Made by a program: the position numbers and the translations under genes. The notes below the pieces were generated by a model, which did not search any database, had not been told where the DNA came from, and saw nothing but the letters and a program-made list of their open reading frames with translations. From assembly GCF_006345805.1 (NCBI RefSeq), contig NC_042999.1, positions 170,872,001-170,936,000 of the forward strand: DNA of 64,000 nt. Direction: 5' to 3'. The stretch is from Octopus sinensis. Taxonomy: Eukaryota. Of this stretch, positions 27,351-41,691 are shown piece after piece (positions within the stretch are counted from its first letter, which is position 1; each line of letters opens with the position of its first letter).

Positions 27351-28407
27351 AGTATATGGATTGTAATATATTAATGAATAACTCCATAGAATATGCGTTG
27401 CGTGAGTTGTTGCCGATATAAAATTGGATATCTATTAAGGATATGTACTGTATCATGTTATAAAGACTTTACTGTCAAAGTTCTGTACTGTGTTGTGCTT
27501 TTGGTGGTGATCTTTAATATATATGCAGTGTGAAATGAAATATTACTTGCGCACTTATTGTATAAAGTGTATGTTGTATGCAGACAATCTAATACCTGAG
27601 TTGTGCTATTGAGCAAACCATGAAGCGGTGTGAGTCACTCTCTTGACCGTACTGAAAAGCATCACTTTATTGTCTTTTGATGTACAGGGCACGCAAAGAT
27701 GGCGGGTATGGCACACTGTTCTAAGCAGTGCGATGGACAAGAAATTAAGAAATGGTAAAAAAAAGATTTAATACCCAAGCATACAGTATACAAAATGCAA
27801 GAGGGACGACGCATTAATCTATGTCAACATAGAATTCCCAGATGTTTGCAAAACAAAAATAAAAGAACTGAAACAACTTATGGAGCTGAAAGTATACCAA
27901 AATATTTTTAACATGTTGATAGAGGAGAAGGGCTCACCCTTACTGGCATAGTCAGATGTGCCGTGAGACCAAGATGAGTCTGTGCTATTGTTACCCCATT
28001 ACCAGATATGTTCAAAAGTAACTTTGACTATAATTGCTGCACAGACCAGTTGAGGGGAGCCAGTGTTGTAAGGTGCTCTGCGCCAACGTAGGTAGAATGT
28101 TCTCTGTCGTTTGTAGGTTGGTTAACTAAAATATTCTTCATATAATTTAAAAAAAATTAAATTGCATCTTATTTTTAATTATTCTGTGTTTTATATAATT
28201 TAATATTCATACGATTTCATCAGGCTTTTAATCATTTCATTTTATACCGTTCTTGCGGAATAGGCAGTTTTTATACAACTTCACCTTATTAACATCCATT
28301 TTGTAACCACAAATCTTTATGCATAATTTATGTATGCGTAGGCCATTATGGCTAACAATAACTACGTTCTCCTCCTCTATCTAACCCTTGTCATCGCCGT
28401 CGTCAAG

Positions 28408-28418
28408 CACATTATTAC

Positions 28419-28490
<72 letters not shown>

Positions 28491-28508
28491 TATTAATATT
28501 ATTATTAA

Positions 28509-28552
<44 letters not shown>

Positions 28553-28575
28553 TATTATTATTATTATTATTATCA
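28408..28575. repeat. (TTA)n microsatellite
   Basis: Direct sequence. Confidence 0.95.
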
Positions 28576-28673
28576 TTTCCTTTACATTGTTTTTAGACAC
28601 AATATCACTCGACAGATTATTAATATTGCCAGTTTAAAGATAAAGAAAATACACTTGACAAAATAATGCGCGT

Positions 28674-28712
<39 letters not shown>

Positions 28713-29260
28713 CACATGCACACACGCACTTACACACTCACCGATGCATATATACACACACAAGAAAACAAAACATCGCTCTAAAAATAATAAGTCTAGA
28801 AAATTTGAAACAATAACGAACTATAACAAAAAGGTAAATAACGACAATATCAGCAAACGCTTCAAGGAAAATCGAGAAGGACGACTTGATTGGTAACAAA
28901 AATAGAAGGAAAAGATTAATTTACTCAGGTCTTAATAAAACTTTCCGGATATACGGATATGAATTATTCTCCATCTGAACATGACACTCAAAATGAGAAG
29001 TAATTATAGAAAGAATAATAGGAAATATACTAAGGAACAGCAGACAATCCAGTGCATTGGTTGCTTGTGTGTCCAAGTTTCTTTTAGTGAACGAATATGA
29101 ATATTCATGTCAGTATAGTGTTGCCGTTGTAGGCTATGTTGATAACGATGATACTGATGATGATGATGCTGGGGATGATGTTGAGGAATAACATAATTAT
29201 AATAACGACAATGAGTATGAAAATAAACATATATATATATATATATATATATGTATTTAT

Positions 29261-29310
<50 letters not shown>

Positions 29311-29371
29311 CACAAGTATATTTTCAGGATAAAATAAAAAGACAACAAACAGAAAATATGATATAAGTATG

Positions 29372-29402
<31 letters not shown>

Positions 29403-29496
29403 TTTTAAAAAACGTGTAGCAAATAAACATGGTTGCATATATAAAATACACAGAAGAACAGAAAACACAGAAGGTGACCAACTCCACTTCAGTTAC

Positions 29497-29569
29497 CGGC
29501 CAGAGATCGAGCCCAATTTCGGCCATTATCGGTAATATTGCTTCCACTCTGGAAGAAGCGGCGAGAAAC
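29497..29569 (-). other. Candidate 73-nt internal exon
   Basis: Minus strand: TACTAAC at 29629-29623, pyrimidine-rich tract, CAG acceptor, exon open in two frames, CCG/GTAACT donor; locally CpG-rich. No recognisable homology. Confidence 0.25.
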
Positions 29570-29815
29570 CTGTCGGAAATGGGACTAAACATAGCAAAAC
29601 GAGATGGGCTCGAGACGGGACCGTTAGTAGACGGACGAGGGACAAGGCAATAAACGGAATAAAGGTTTAGGGCAACACGAAGGAGAAATGAAAAACTGTC
29701 CTAAATCTTTTCACATATTGGCATACACACGTATACCTGTATAAGTATGTGTATGTGTGTAGTGTATAAATATACATATGTACGTATATACATATTTATA
29801 TATATATATAAATAT

Positions 29816-30086
29816 GTGACGTCTCGTGGCTTAGTGGTTAGGGCTTTCAGCTCACGATTGTAAGGTCGTGAGTTCAAATCCCGGCGATGCGCTGTATCTT
29901 TGAGCAAGACACTTTATTTCACGCTGCTGCAGTTGTTGTATTTCAAAGGGCCAGCCTTGTCACACTGTGTCACATTAATCTACGTTAAGGGTACACGTGT
30001 CTGTGGAGGGCTCATACACCAGCATGTTAATTTCCGTTGATCGCATCAGCTTGGACACTCGTCGTTATAACCGACGGAGTGGGTGC
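29816..30086 (+). mobile_element. tRNA-derived SINE (family 3)
   Basis: A-box GTGGCTTAGTGG, B-box GAGTTCAAATCC, then TTGAGCAAGACACTTTATTTCAC. Confidence 0.75.
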
Positions 30087-30146
30087 TCCTATATATATAT
30101 ATATAGATAAGAAAGTTGGTTTGTGAAAGCACGTGGTTGAATATAT

Positions 30147-30436
30147 AGAAAATAGTAAAAAGTGAAAAAACTACAGAAGGCTTAAATGTAAAAAAATATA
30201 TATTTGCGTCAATATGTCTGAAGAATATTAAAAAAATTTTTGAAGAATATTAAAAAATGTTTTTCTCTTATAATGACATAATTTAGAAGAAAATTCTTTC
30301 TTCTAAATTATGTCATTATAAGAGAAAAACATTTTTTTAATATTCTTCAAAAATTTTTTTAATATTCTTCAGACATATTGACGCAAATATATTTTTTTAC
30401 ATTTAAGCCTTCTGTAGTTTTTTTCACTTTTTACTA

Positions 30437-30442
<6 letters not shown>
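30147..30442. repeat. Near-perfect palindrome, 146-bp arms, 4-nt loop
   Basis: Arms 30147-30292 and 30297-30442 differ only by homopolymer and TA-run length. Confidence 0.9.
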
Positions 30443-30531
<89 letters not shown>

Positions 30532-30593
30532 TATATATATATACATATAAATATATATATTTCAGGTTTTGGCTCATGGACAGCAACTTAGGA

Positions 30594-30754
30594 GGAGTAA
30601 GTCGATTGTGTTCAATGGTACTTATTTTATCGATCCCGAAAGGATGAAAGGCAAAGTCGACCGACCTCGGCGGGATCTGAACTCAAACCTCTAAGACGGA
30701 CGAAATGCCACTAAGCACTTTGCCCGGCATGCTAGCGGTTATTCCGCTCGCCGC
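30594..30754 (-). mobile_element. SINE family 2
   Basis: rc homology to 46038-46315. Confidence 0.75.
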
Positions 30755-30794
30755 TCATGCATATATTTATCTGTATATATATATAATATATATA

Positions 30795-30828
<34 letters not shown>

Positions 30829-30848
30829 CTATATATATATATATAATA

Positions 30849-31950
<1,102 letters not shown>

Positions 31951-32129
31951 GCCAGTTGATCATATATCCGAAAAGAAGCACACTCTAAAAGATAGCTGCA
32001 ATATATCTACATAAAGTTAATTATATGTCCGTCCGTCCGTCCGTTTTGTGGGTACGAAAGCCTCGGACTCTGTATGACTGGACATATATTTAACAATACA
32101 TCCATCCATCTATCCATCCATCCATTCAT

Positions 32130-32162
<33 letters not shown>

Positions 32163-33299
32163 ACACACACACACACACACACATACAGTATGTATTCACT
32201 ACTTTTAAATACCCTGAAGGAAAATTGATATTTAATATTACTTTCCACGATTTGCATTCGAACAACACTACAACGCTTACATTATGACACTGCTATAAAC
32301 ACTATCTCCAACACATTTCCTACTAGTGATACCACTACCTTCCCCACTACCAATTGCCGTTCATGAACAATATTATTATTAACAATATTAGGAAGTAGCA
32401 TCTGCAACATACGAAATATCAAAGAAATCAGCGTTATTGCTATGCTCGACAGCATGACCAACTGTGTCAGACACTTTAACAACAATGCTTTATAATCACT
32501 ATACTGCCTTATCAGTATCTGCATGTTGTCGAGCGGCACTGATATAAACAACCGCAAATGCGCACAATTTAATTATGAAAAAAAAAATAGCACCGAATAC
32601 TAAAAATATATTTACATATCTTAAGAATATAATCTCAACTATTTAATACATGCAATTTCACGCACACTATTAGAAATATATCGGCATAATCGTTTACAGA
32701 AATTTACATGTACTTTTATATCTAAAGATTGAAATTATGTATGAAACTCATTCAAATACACTTTCAGTACTGTACACACATACAAGTTATACCCAGATAT
32801 ACTTTCATGCATCTACATACTATAACATTCATACGAAAACTGATATTTTCTTACGTACACATTCAAAATTATATTCACATACAACCTATTATGCACAGAA
32901 ATAAACACATGTAGTCTATTGACTGATCACTCACAAATTTTAGCCTCAAAATAATTCAGCAATTGATATACTATAAATGAGAATAATTATTTTTTGGCTT
33001 TATGAATCGTTTAAAAATAGTTCTATTAACGGCAGTAGCCGACCTGCTGGTATTTTATAACCATCTCTTCGCTATATTTCCTTCATTACTTGTTCCGTTA
33101 TCTTGCTAGTAAAATTGAAGAAAGATATAGTAATAATAACTTTATTAATCTTATTCCTTTCCTTCCATTTCCATTTTTCGTTTTCTCCAAGTTTTGTTTA
33201 TTTACCTTGTCTACTTTAGAAAAATTTCTATATAAAATTGAGAAAACAAAAGTTTTTAATTATCAAATTTTAGATTAAAAATTTATGCAACATCGGATC

Positions 33300-33471
<172 letters not shown>

Positions 33472-34265
33472 CAAATATTCAATCAATGCACGACGCAGCT
33501 AGAATTAGTAGGTTTTGTTATGAAAAAATATTGTTTAGTTGGCATGCTGTTTACTCGTTATTTCTCGAAAATGTAAACGGTAGCGAAGGGTCGAGGAGAT
33601 GTAGGGCGTGTTGAGATTGTTGGTGTTCTTATTTAGAATGTTGAACATCAAAGTTATCTTCATTCTAGTAAACATCGAACGAAGCAGCATATCATCTATG
33701 CAGTTTATAGAATTTATTCGTTTCAGAAGATTCCTTTCATTTATTTCATTTATTCTGTGAAATGTTTCGATTTGATCTTGGTATAGGAGGCAGCCAAATT
33801 ATGTGTCTATTTTTCAGTTAGTTTCCAGCTCAACCACTGCGATATTATTTTCCTGCAGTTTCGTTGTTTTGCTGCAAAATACGTAAGAAGGAAAGTATAT
33901 ACTCTGGGCCTAATACTGACTTGCACGTTTTCGACTATGAGAAGGATCGACTCCACTTTCTTTTGGTTACTTTTAACCACTTTGTTAGTGTAGAAGTTAA
34001 ATTCAGAGCAGATGCAGAAATAGTTATTAGTATTTCAGTTTACATCAAGCAGAACTATGTGCACAAGCGTTCCAACAATTATCCCAAGTTCTGAAGATCT
34101 ATAGATATTTGTTAGGACTGAAGTCTATGACATGTGATACAGTGCAATTTATTCAACAATATTCCACTCCATCAAATTGTTTGACAATAAACAGCATGCG
34201 ACATCGAGGAAACTTATACAATGTCACACGAACTGCTAGACATAGCAAACAATATAAATATATTC

Positions 34266-34335
<70 letters not shown>

Positions 34336-34351
34336 AAAAGCCCAGGAAGCA

Positions 34352-34727
34352 TGAGAAGTGAATATGTTTATTTAACCACTTAACATCCTTAGGGTTACTA
34401 TCGTTTTTGCAGCCTTTATTCATGTAATAATAATTTTAGTATATAATAAATTTTGTTTACATATCTGAATGAATATGCATATTACCTATTATACAATACA
34501 ATCGTTGAGGTGAACCGTTGCTCTGCTGATCTGATAAGCTAGCTTCCTTTATTTGCATTGATTTATAAATATACTTTATATGTACTGTATAATGCGCAGA
34601 ATGCATATTAATGCAGGCATGTTAACATAATTCATCGTACACGGAAATTATTATTATACGAAAATGGCCGCGAAACGGTTATAATCTTAAGGATATCAAG
34701 TGGTTAAATAAATATATTCACATCTCA
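34352..34727. mobile_element. Foldback/MITE-like element with about 47-bp imperfect inverted repeats
   Basis: TGAGAAGTGAATATGTTTATTTAACCACTTAACATCCTTAGG against the rc of 34681-34727, about 7 mismatches. Confidence 0.55.
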
Positions 34728-35672
34728 CACCTTCTGACTATTTATGGTTTATATACTCCTCATGAAATAATTTTATCAATCAGATTTCCTGGAATTCAGC
34801 TGCATGGACCTTTGCATTATACTATTCTGTGTTGGATTACTACGTGGTCAGTTAATCAAGTCATTTAGAGAAGCTTTCTGTACAATTCTAAGTTATTCAG
34901 CTCGATTTGCTTGATTAATTCTTTTAAGGCAGTGCTCCAGTATGACTGCAGTTTAATGACTGAATCAAGTAGAAATAAAAGATGTGTGTCTGTGTGTGTA
35001 TGCATCTATATATAACGTTTAGGAAGGAAGGTATGACTTAAAACTGGAGAGAAAAAAGTCTGCTCACTGAAACATCGAAACTGCCTACTCTCTACGGCCC
35101 AAAGCTGGCATCAAAGAGTGGTTTTTGTGAAACAATGCAAGTTGACTGAGAACACCAACTCAACCACTTTTCACCCAGCCATAATTATTTTCTAAATTTT
35201 CGCCAACTTTGCACACATACATACACACACACACACACACACAAACACAAACACACACACACATACACACACACACATGCACATACATACACACACAGAC
35301 GTATTCCTATATATATAATCAGTCCAGTTTCTTCTAAGACATAGGCATTTACCTCAAGTTAAACCGTAATCCATTTACTATCGCTTGCAGTACCTGTTTC
35401 TGTCTGATACTACTATCTTGCTTTGATGTACAGAGCCATTCCAGTTAATGGCAGACTCTCCCAATTTTTGCATTGATCAGTCCGTTCCAAATGTTGTGAA
35501 TAGAACTCTCTTTAAGCCATGGATCATAATATTCAACGAGTAGCAAGCAATTGACAAATAGTAAACGTTACGTTGCGCATAGAATAAATACAGAAGACTA
35601 AATGCTAAAGTCATGCCTAAGTAAGAAGAAAACTGCTATCTTTAAGACTGGATTATGGACGTCAGTGTTTAA

Positions 35673-35892
35673 CCTTTTAGTGTTTAAACCAGCCATATCC
35701 AGCCCAAATATTCTACATGTTTTATATTCAAACTGGCGGTATCTGGCCTCTCACACCTAACCTACATTGACATTCTAAAAATGAACAATCACATCATTGA
35801 AACCTCAAAGCTATAAGATAAGGCATGATTAATTCAAATCAATTTGAGTGGAAAAGTATTACATTTAACAGAGTAATCTGAACACTAAAGGG
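35673..35892. mobile_element. piggyBac-like MITE (220 bp)
   Basis: TTAA on both sides (35669-72, 35893-96); TIR CC(T/C)TTTAGTGTT / AACACTAAAGGG. Confidence 0.8.
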
Positions 35893-36129
35893 TTAAAGAT
35901 CAAACCATAACAAAAATAAAAAAATAAAAAAAGAAGAAATTAGTAAAGTAGTTTTGCTTTCATTAGACTATCAACAAATAAAAAAGTGAATTCCCAATGC
36001 ATGAACATCAGGATCTAATTAGCTATGCTCATTTCTAAGTGAACATTTGTTCCCATAAGAATGCCTCCATCGTCCTTGTTTACATGACGGTTGTAGCTGA
36101 TGAACACAGTTTCCGTTATACTTTACGAA

Positions 36130-36480
36130 ATATTGTTATTAGAACGATTGATATTAGGATACTGAATATTACCGAGAAGAAAGGAGAACATGAGCATCTT
36201 AGCACTAATATATTTTGTAGCACTAATGTCTTTTTCCTAGAGGATCATCGAAACACAGCATGAGCCGCTCATGCAGGATTCATTTGAGAGATACATTCTC
36301 ATACGATCATTAATTTTGGGGAACAATAGGAATGCCGCTACAGGAGGAGTATCTTACCTAATTTCTCCAAAAGCACTTATTGTCTGCATCAGTAACAGAA
36401 AATCTAGTGTGCTTGTCGTGAAAATTACCTTGTTAGGTAATTTAGGAACAGTCATTTCTGCAGCCAATTTCCATGAAACG
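36130..36480 (+). mobile_element. Degenerate RTE-like APE endonuclease remnant
   Basis: IDIRIL, EDHR and NAATGGVSYLISPKA...GNLGTVIS match the RTE endonuclease pattern N.A.GGVG.LLSP.A...GNP..TVI. Confidence 0.55.
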
Positions 36481-36549
36481 AACTTCCATAATCATAGGCG
36501 CAAGTGTGGCCATAGGCACAGCGTGGATGGATGGTAAGAGACTATAGGC

Positions 36550-36712
36550 GCAGGCGTGGCTTGATGGTAAGAAGCTTGTTTCTCACCACATGGTTCCGGG
36601 TTCAGTCCAACTGCGTGGCCCCCTGGGCAAGTGTCTTCTACTATAGATTCGGGCCGACCAAAGCTTTGTGAGTGGATTTAGTAGACCGAAACTGAAAGAA
36701 GCCTGTTGTATA
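36550..36712 (+). mobile_element. tRNA-derived SINE head (family 1)
   Basis: GGCGTGGCT..TGGTAAGAAGCTTG...GGTTCAGTCC...GGGCAAGTGTCTTCTACTATAG...AAAGAAGCC. Confidence 0.8.
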
Positions 36713-36724
36713 TATGTATATATA

Positions 36725-37307
36725 TTCTCCAGAATTGAGTCGAGTCACCCCAGAGGGCACTCACTAAACAAATTGAAGGCATGGCTGCTCTCGATTATTG
36801 GGATCGCCTTAAAGCCTTGAAACTTTACTCCATCCAGCGTCGCCGTGAGCGGTACATCATTTGTACGATGTGGAAAATATACCGCCAACTTTGCCCAAAC
36901 GACCTAAACATTAGCTTCAAGGTTCATCCAAGACTTGGACTACGGGCTATACGTCCCCGGCCCAATTCAAGATCACAGCATACTTATACACTACAACATA
37001 ATTTCTTTTCCTCAACAGGCCCTGCTCTATTTAACATTGTCCCGAAAGAGATCAAAGAGGAACAGGATCCCATCAACTTTAAACGGAGTCTGGATAGATT
37101 CCTTCAAAGAATACCAGATAAGCCACCCATAATTGGATACAACTCACCCAACAAAAACTCACTACTTGAATGGACTATAAGCAAAACTTGACTTAAACAG
37201 GATTCAAATCAGGTGGTGCTACTTAAACAGGATTCAAATCAGGTGATGCTATTAAGTTAGATATGGCCTGGACCAATCATTGGTCGAAACACATCTAAGT
37301 TTATCTA

Positions 37308-37312
<5 letters not shown>
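36725..37312 (+). mobile_element. 3' end of a CR1-clade LINE
   Basis: ORF 36781-37191 YWDRLKALKLYSIQRRRERY...LFNIVP..FKRSLDRFL; the 3' UTR has a hairpin GACCAA-TCA-TTGGTC and a (ATCTAAGTTT)2 tail. Confidence 0.85.
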
Positions 37313-37645
<333 letters not shown>

Positions 37646-39220
37646 ATGCTTGTATGTATATATATGCATATGTGGGCCTAAATATTCATTCTTCACTTTC
37701 AACAAAACACACAAATATAAAGTAGAAGACCATGAAGGATTTTCATGGAACAAATTTATTGCTATTCCTACAAAGATTTTGAATCTCTCAAGTAGGCTCT
37801 TCCACACAGCCTACACCAAATTCGGATAATTTTTTTGAATACAAATTGATATTGTCGATTACTGATACCGCTCCATGCGACATGCTTTATAGGATGATGC
37901 ATTCTGAAGATTTGTACATGCTAGTAAAGATAAAGTACTCTTAACAACGTTGACGTAAATGTCACTGACACATAACATGAAACTGAAGATGTATCAAAGT
38001 TATTTTGGGACAGATATTACACCTGCTCACACGTAAATACATACCCATCTTAACAAACACACACAAACATGAACAGTCACATACACAGATATACATGGAC
38101 GCATAACATACAGATAGCGATAGTTGTGCATATGCGCATGTGTGAGCGATCATATGTGCCTGAGTACATTCTACATTCATTTATTGACATATTTTCGTGA
38201 ATCATGATCTCCAAGATTCAGACAGAAAATAATCGAAACTGGTGAATTATATGTATAAAATAAAAAATAAATAAATAAATAAAAATAAAAAGTCAGCCAA
38301 TTAATTTATTCATATAGTATTTTCTCTCATACAAAAACAAAAAAAAAAAGAACAGCAGAGAAAATATTATCTAACCTTGTTAATAGACTTTAGACTTTTT
38401 TTAATCAGTGCTTTGTAAATATAGTTTAGTAATCACGAGGTACGCCACTGATAACATATTGAAATAGCAAAAAATATTAGTTTTTACGCATTATATACAC
38501 ATGCACATACACACACACACACACACACAAACACACACTCAACATATACACACACACACAAACACACACACACACAACATACACACACACACACACACAC
38601 ACACATACACACACACATAATCATTTGCCTATTAACTACTTGACTCGACAAAATATACCTAATTTACAGTTAATATGTAACACTTGTTCACGCGTCTGGA
38701 TAAGTGACACACTTTCATTTGCGAGCCATCTATTGTTTCCGTGTCCTATTGGATCATTATTGCTTAACTGAAAAAAATAGCAGTCAATATACCGTGTACG
38801 CGATCGATTTACTAATAAGGATTATATATAACATTTCTGAAGGTAAGTTGTGATCTATATCTAGCTCATGGCAACGATACTATTTCGATTTCTGGTTTGT
38901 GTTTCTTTATCCCTAACTCTAAGGTACTGTGAAAACAGGGTATTGTGCCTAGAGAAATACAAGGGTTTTTCTTCCATTTTGAATAAAGAGTTATGGAGAG
39001 CAAGAAAAAAACTATGATTCAAAAAAGTACAAATGCGCCTCATCCTCTATCATCAGTTATGGTTCGACAGGAAACACAATTATAACGTGTAAATCACTTC
39101 CGTGAAACATCAAAGCATACTTCCTTTTTTATGTATCGGCTACAAGATCTATTTCCTTTCAAGTCATGTTACAATCCGTGTGATGATGTAAAATATACGC
39201 GTGCGTGAGTGCATATATAT

Positions 39221-39280
39221 CAACTGAAAGAAACCCGTCGCATGTATGTATATATATATATATATAATATATATATATAT

Positions 39281-39313
<33 letters not shown>

Positions 39314-39560
39314 TGTGTGTGTGCGTGTGTGTGTGTGTGCGTGTGTGTGTGTGTGTGTGTTTGTGTTTGTGCTTTTCCCCTTACAACGCTTGACAAACGT
39401 GCTGGTGTGCTTACATACCTATAACCTAGCGGTTCAGCAAACACCGATAGATGAAGTACCAGGCTTTAGAAATATAAGTACTGGGGTGGATACATTCGGC
39501 TAAAAGTTTTTTTGAGGCGGTGCCCCAGCATGGCTGCAGTGTAATGACTGCAATCAATGG
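39221..39560 (+). mobile_element. Composite SINE family 1, 5'-truncated (head tail + TA/TG tract + 3' module)
   Basis: AACTGAAAGAAACCCGTCG, then microsatellite, then CGCTTGACAA...GGCGGTGCCCCAGCATGGC. Confidence 0.7.
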
Positions 39561-40479
39561 GTTTGTATTTTTCTCCCTCTGTCCCTCTTTCTTTCCATGT
39601 GTGTGTTTCTTTTCTATTATATGCTGAAATCGTTACGACATTCTTGTTTATTTCCGTACTAATGTTTTTGACAGCTAGGTTTCCACACATACCAAGCTAA
39701 TTTGTTGCCTGTTTCCCGATCCCAGACACTACGGTAATATTTTTTTTCATATTATGCCTCGGTTAATAATCAAACACCATGTCACACATCGTCTATAGAT
39801 CTCCAATCTACTCCCACTTTGGTCTATGTAAGGTCTCTTTGATTTCTGAGAAGCAAAATTCTGTCAGTTCTTTTACTCTTTGCAAACATAGTAGAGCAAA
39901 AAGATTACGTTTCCGTGATTATCGTTCTAATATTCTTATTTCCCCCATAATCCGTTTATTTTCAAATTTGTTTGAGTTTTAAAAAGCTTCCACTGTTGCT
40001 GCTACTTCCTTGTTCTATCACCACTTGTATGTGTTAAAGCTCAAAAGTACGTCTTTACAAGTATACCCAGTAATAAAATTTATATTTCCAATGTGTTTAT
40101 TAAAGTCTGAATATATGATTTTATTTTAACTACATTATCTTCTTTTTTTCCTGTCTTCTATTTTCCTCTGGTTTTCATTTCCAACTATCCTTGTGGGCAA
40201 ATTGATTACTTCCAGCTTTGTGGCTAGCATATATTTCTGAAAGGTCACAAAAAACTATAGCATCTTCTATAACATGTAAATAATGTTTTCAAAAATATTA
40301 ATTGTAAAATTGTCAATATGATAACCACTCCATATATTTCTACCTCAAAGTAATGTGGCAAACACTCAGATATCGCAATGTTGCTTCTTCAGAAAACGAA
40401 ACAAGGTTTCTCCTCTAAGCCAGTAAATTGTTAAACATCGACATTGAGAGCTTTAATTAAATGCGATCATATAATAGAA

Positions 40480-40665
40480 TAAGTAGAAGAAAAAGAAGAA
40501 AGCGGAGGCCGGAAAGAAGGAATAAAAGAACGAATGAAGAAGAGGAGGAGGGGAAACAAGAAGAGGGAGGAGAAGGAGAAGAAGGAGAAGAAGAAGAAGA
40601 ACAAGAAGAAGAAGAAGGAAAAGAAGAAAAGGGAGAAGACGACGACGACGGCGGCGAGCTGGAAC
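40480..40665. repeat. (GAA)/(GAG)/(GAC) purine-rich trinucleotide tract
   Basis: Direct sequence. Confidence 0.9.
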
Positions 40666-41182
40666 GATGACAATTTAAAATTATTATCAAATTTTGGTAT
40701 GGTGACAGGAGAGGTGATAACACGTAATAAACCTGATATCATGACACAAATGACAACAGCATATTTATTAATTATTCGCCCAACCAGAATGACTCTTCTA
40801 CGCTGTATAGGAGATGAAAAGCTTAAAATTCACACCTACGTAACTGGCAAAGTAAAGACATGATGACGGTTAAGGAATGTATGTAACTCATTTCATTTAG
40901 CGGCTACAGATCTGTAGTGATACAAAGTCATTTCTGTGAATTCACTGTATATTGGGAGAATAGAGATAGAGATGTAGGTAGATAAATATATACATAGATA
41001 TATATGTGTATATACATTAGTATACACACACACATACATACACACACACACACACATAAATATATATATATATATTATATATATATATATATATATAATA
41101 GTAGGGAAAATAATTCCAAACTTACAGGGAAAAATTCAATTTAGCAATTCTAAATCAAATTTCACAATATATAATATATGAA

Positions 41183-41636
41183 TATAATTAAGAGAAATAA
41201 CCTCTATTAAGTAATTCACTAGTGAAAGACATTATTTATATTATATAAAAAAATTAAATATATTATAATAAATATTATTAAAAAATCACTAAATTAAATA
41301 AACATTAAGCTGACTACACGCGTTTCATGACTATATCTTTAAATCGATAATAATAAAATCGATACTATTAAAATTAATTCGATTTAAAAATATAGCCACT
41401 CTTCAGGTCTGAAATAATAATAAAATAAATGCATGTATCTTAAAATATAATAATTAACAAATAAATATAGAAATATACGTATCTTAACACTTAATAATCG
41501 AATAATATATAACAATATTAATGAACAATAAAAACATAAATTATCTTACTGGAGAAATTAAATTTTTTTCTATATAGTATACATAATGTCTTCCACTATT
41601 GAATTACTTAATAGAGGTCATTTCTCTTAATTATAT
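41183..41636. mobile_element. Foldback (Penelope-like inverted-terminus) element with 50-bp inverted repeats
   Basis: 41186-41235 against the rc of 41583-41632: 47/50 identical; (TA)n flanks; internal hammerhead-like motif. Confidence 0.7.
41309..41412 (-). ncRNA. Type I hammerhead-like ribozyme with long stem II
   Basis: GAC-CTGAAGA-GTGGCTATA..TTTAAATCGA(loop)TCGATTTAAA..TATAGTCAT-GAAAC-GCGT-GTA/GTC; predicted cleavage after minus-strand A at 41315. Confidence 0.6.
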
Positions 41637-41691
41637 ATATATATCTATAATTTGCATGCGTATAAATATGAGTGTGTTGATATATTGTTTT

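Noticed and set aside
29816-29890. tRNA-like A/B boxes here and at 46790-46869
   Set aside because: No complete cloverleaf; they continue into SINE bodies, so they are annotated as SINE heads and not tRNA genes.
32444-32535. 13-bp inverted repeat GCTCGACAGCATG/CATGTTGTCGAGC
   Set aside because: The stem does not extend and the loop is about 65 nt; not a pre-miRNA-like hairpin.
36096-36135. CTGATGA...GAAAT hammerhead-like spacing; other isolated CTGANGA hits at about 6155, 11255, 30218, 30946 and 44834
   Set aside because: No stem II or stem I pairing, or no downstream GAAA with an NUH site.
40700-40863. NKPDIM...AYLL resembling an R4-type RLE
   Set aside because: Only a partial motif; too degenerate to support.
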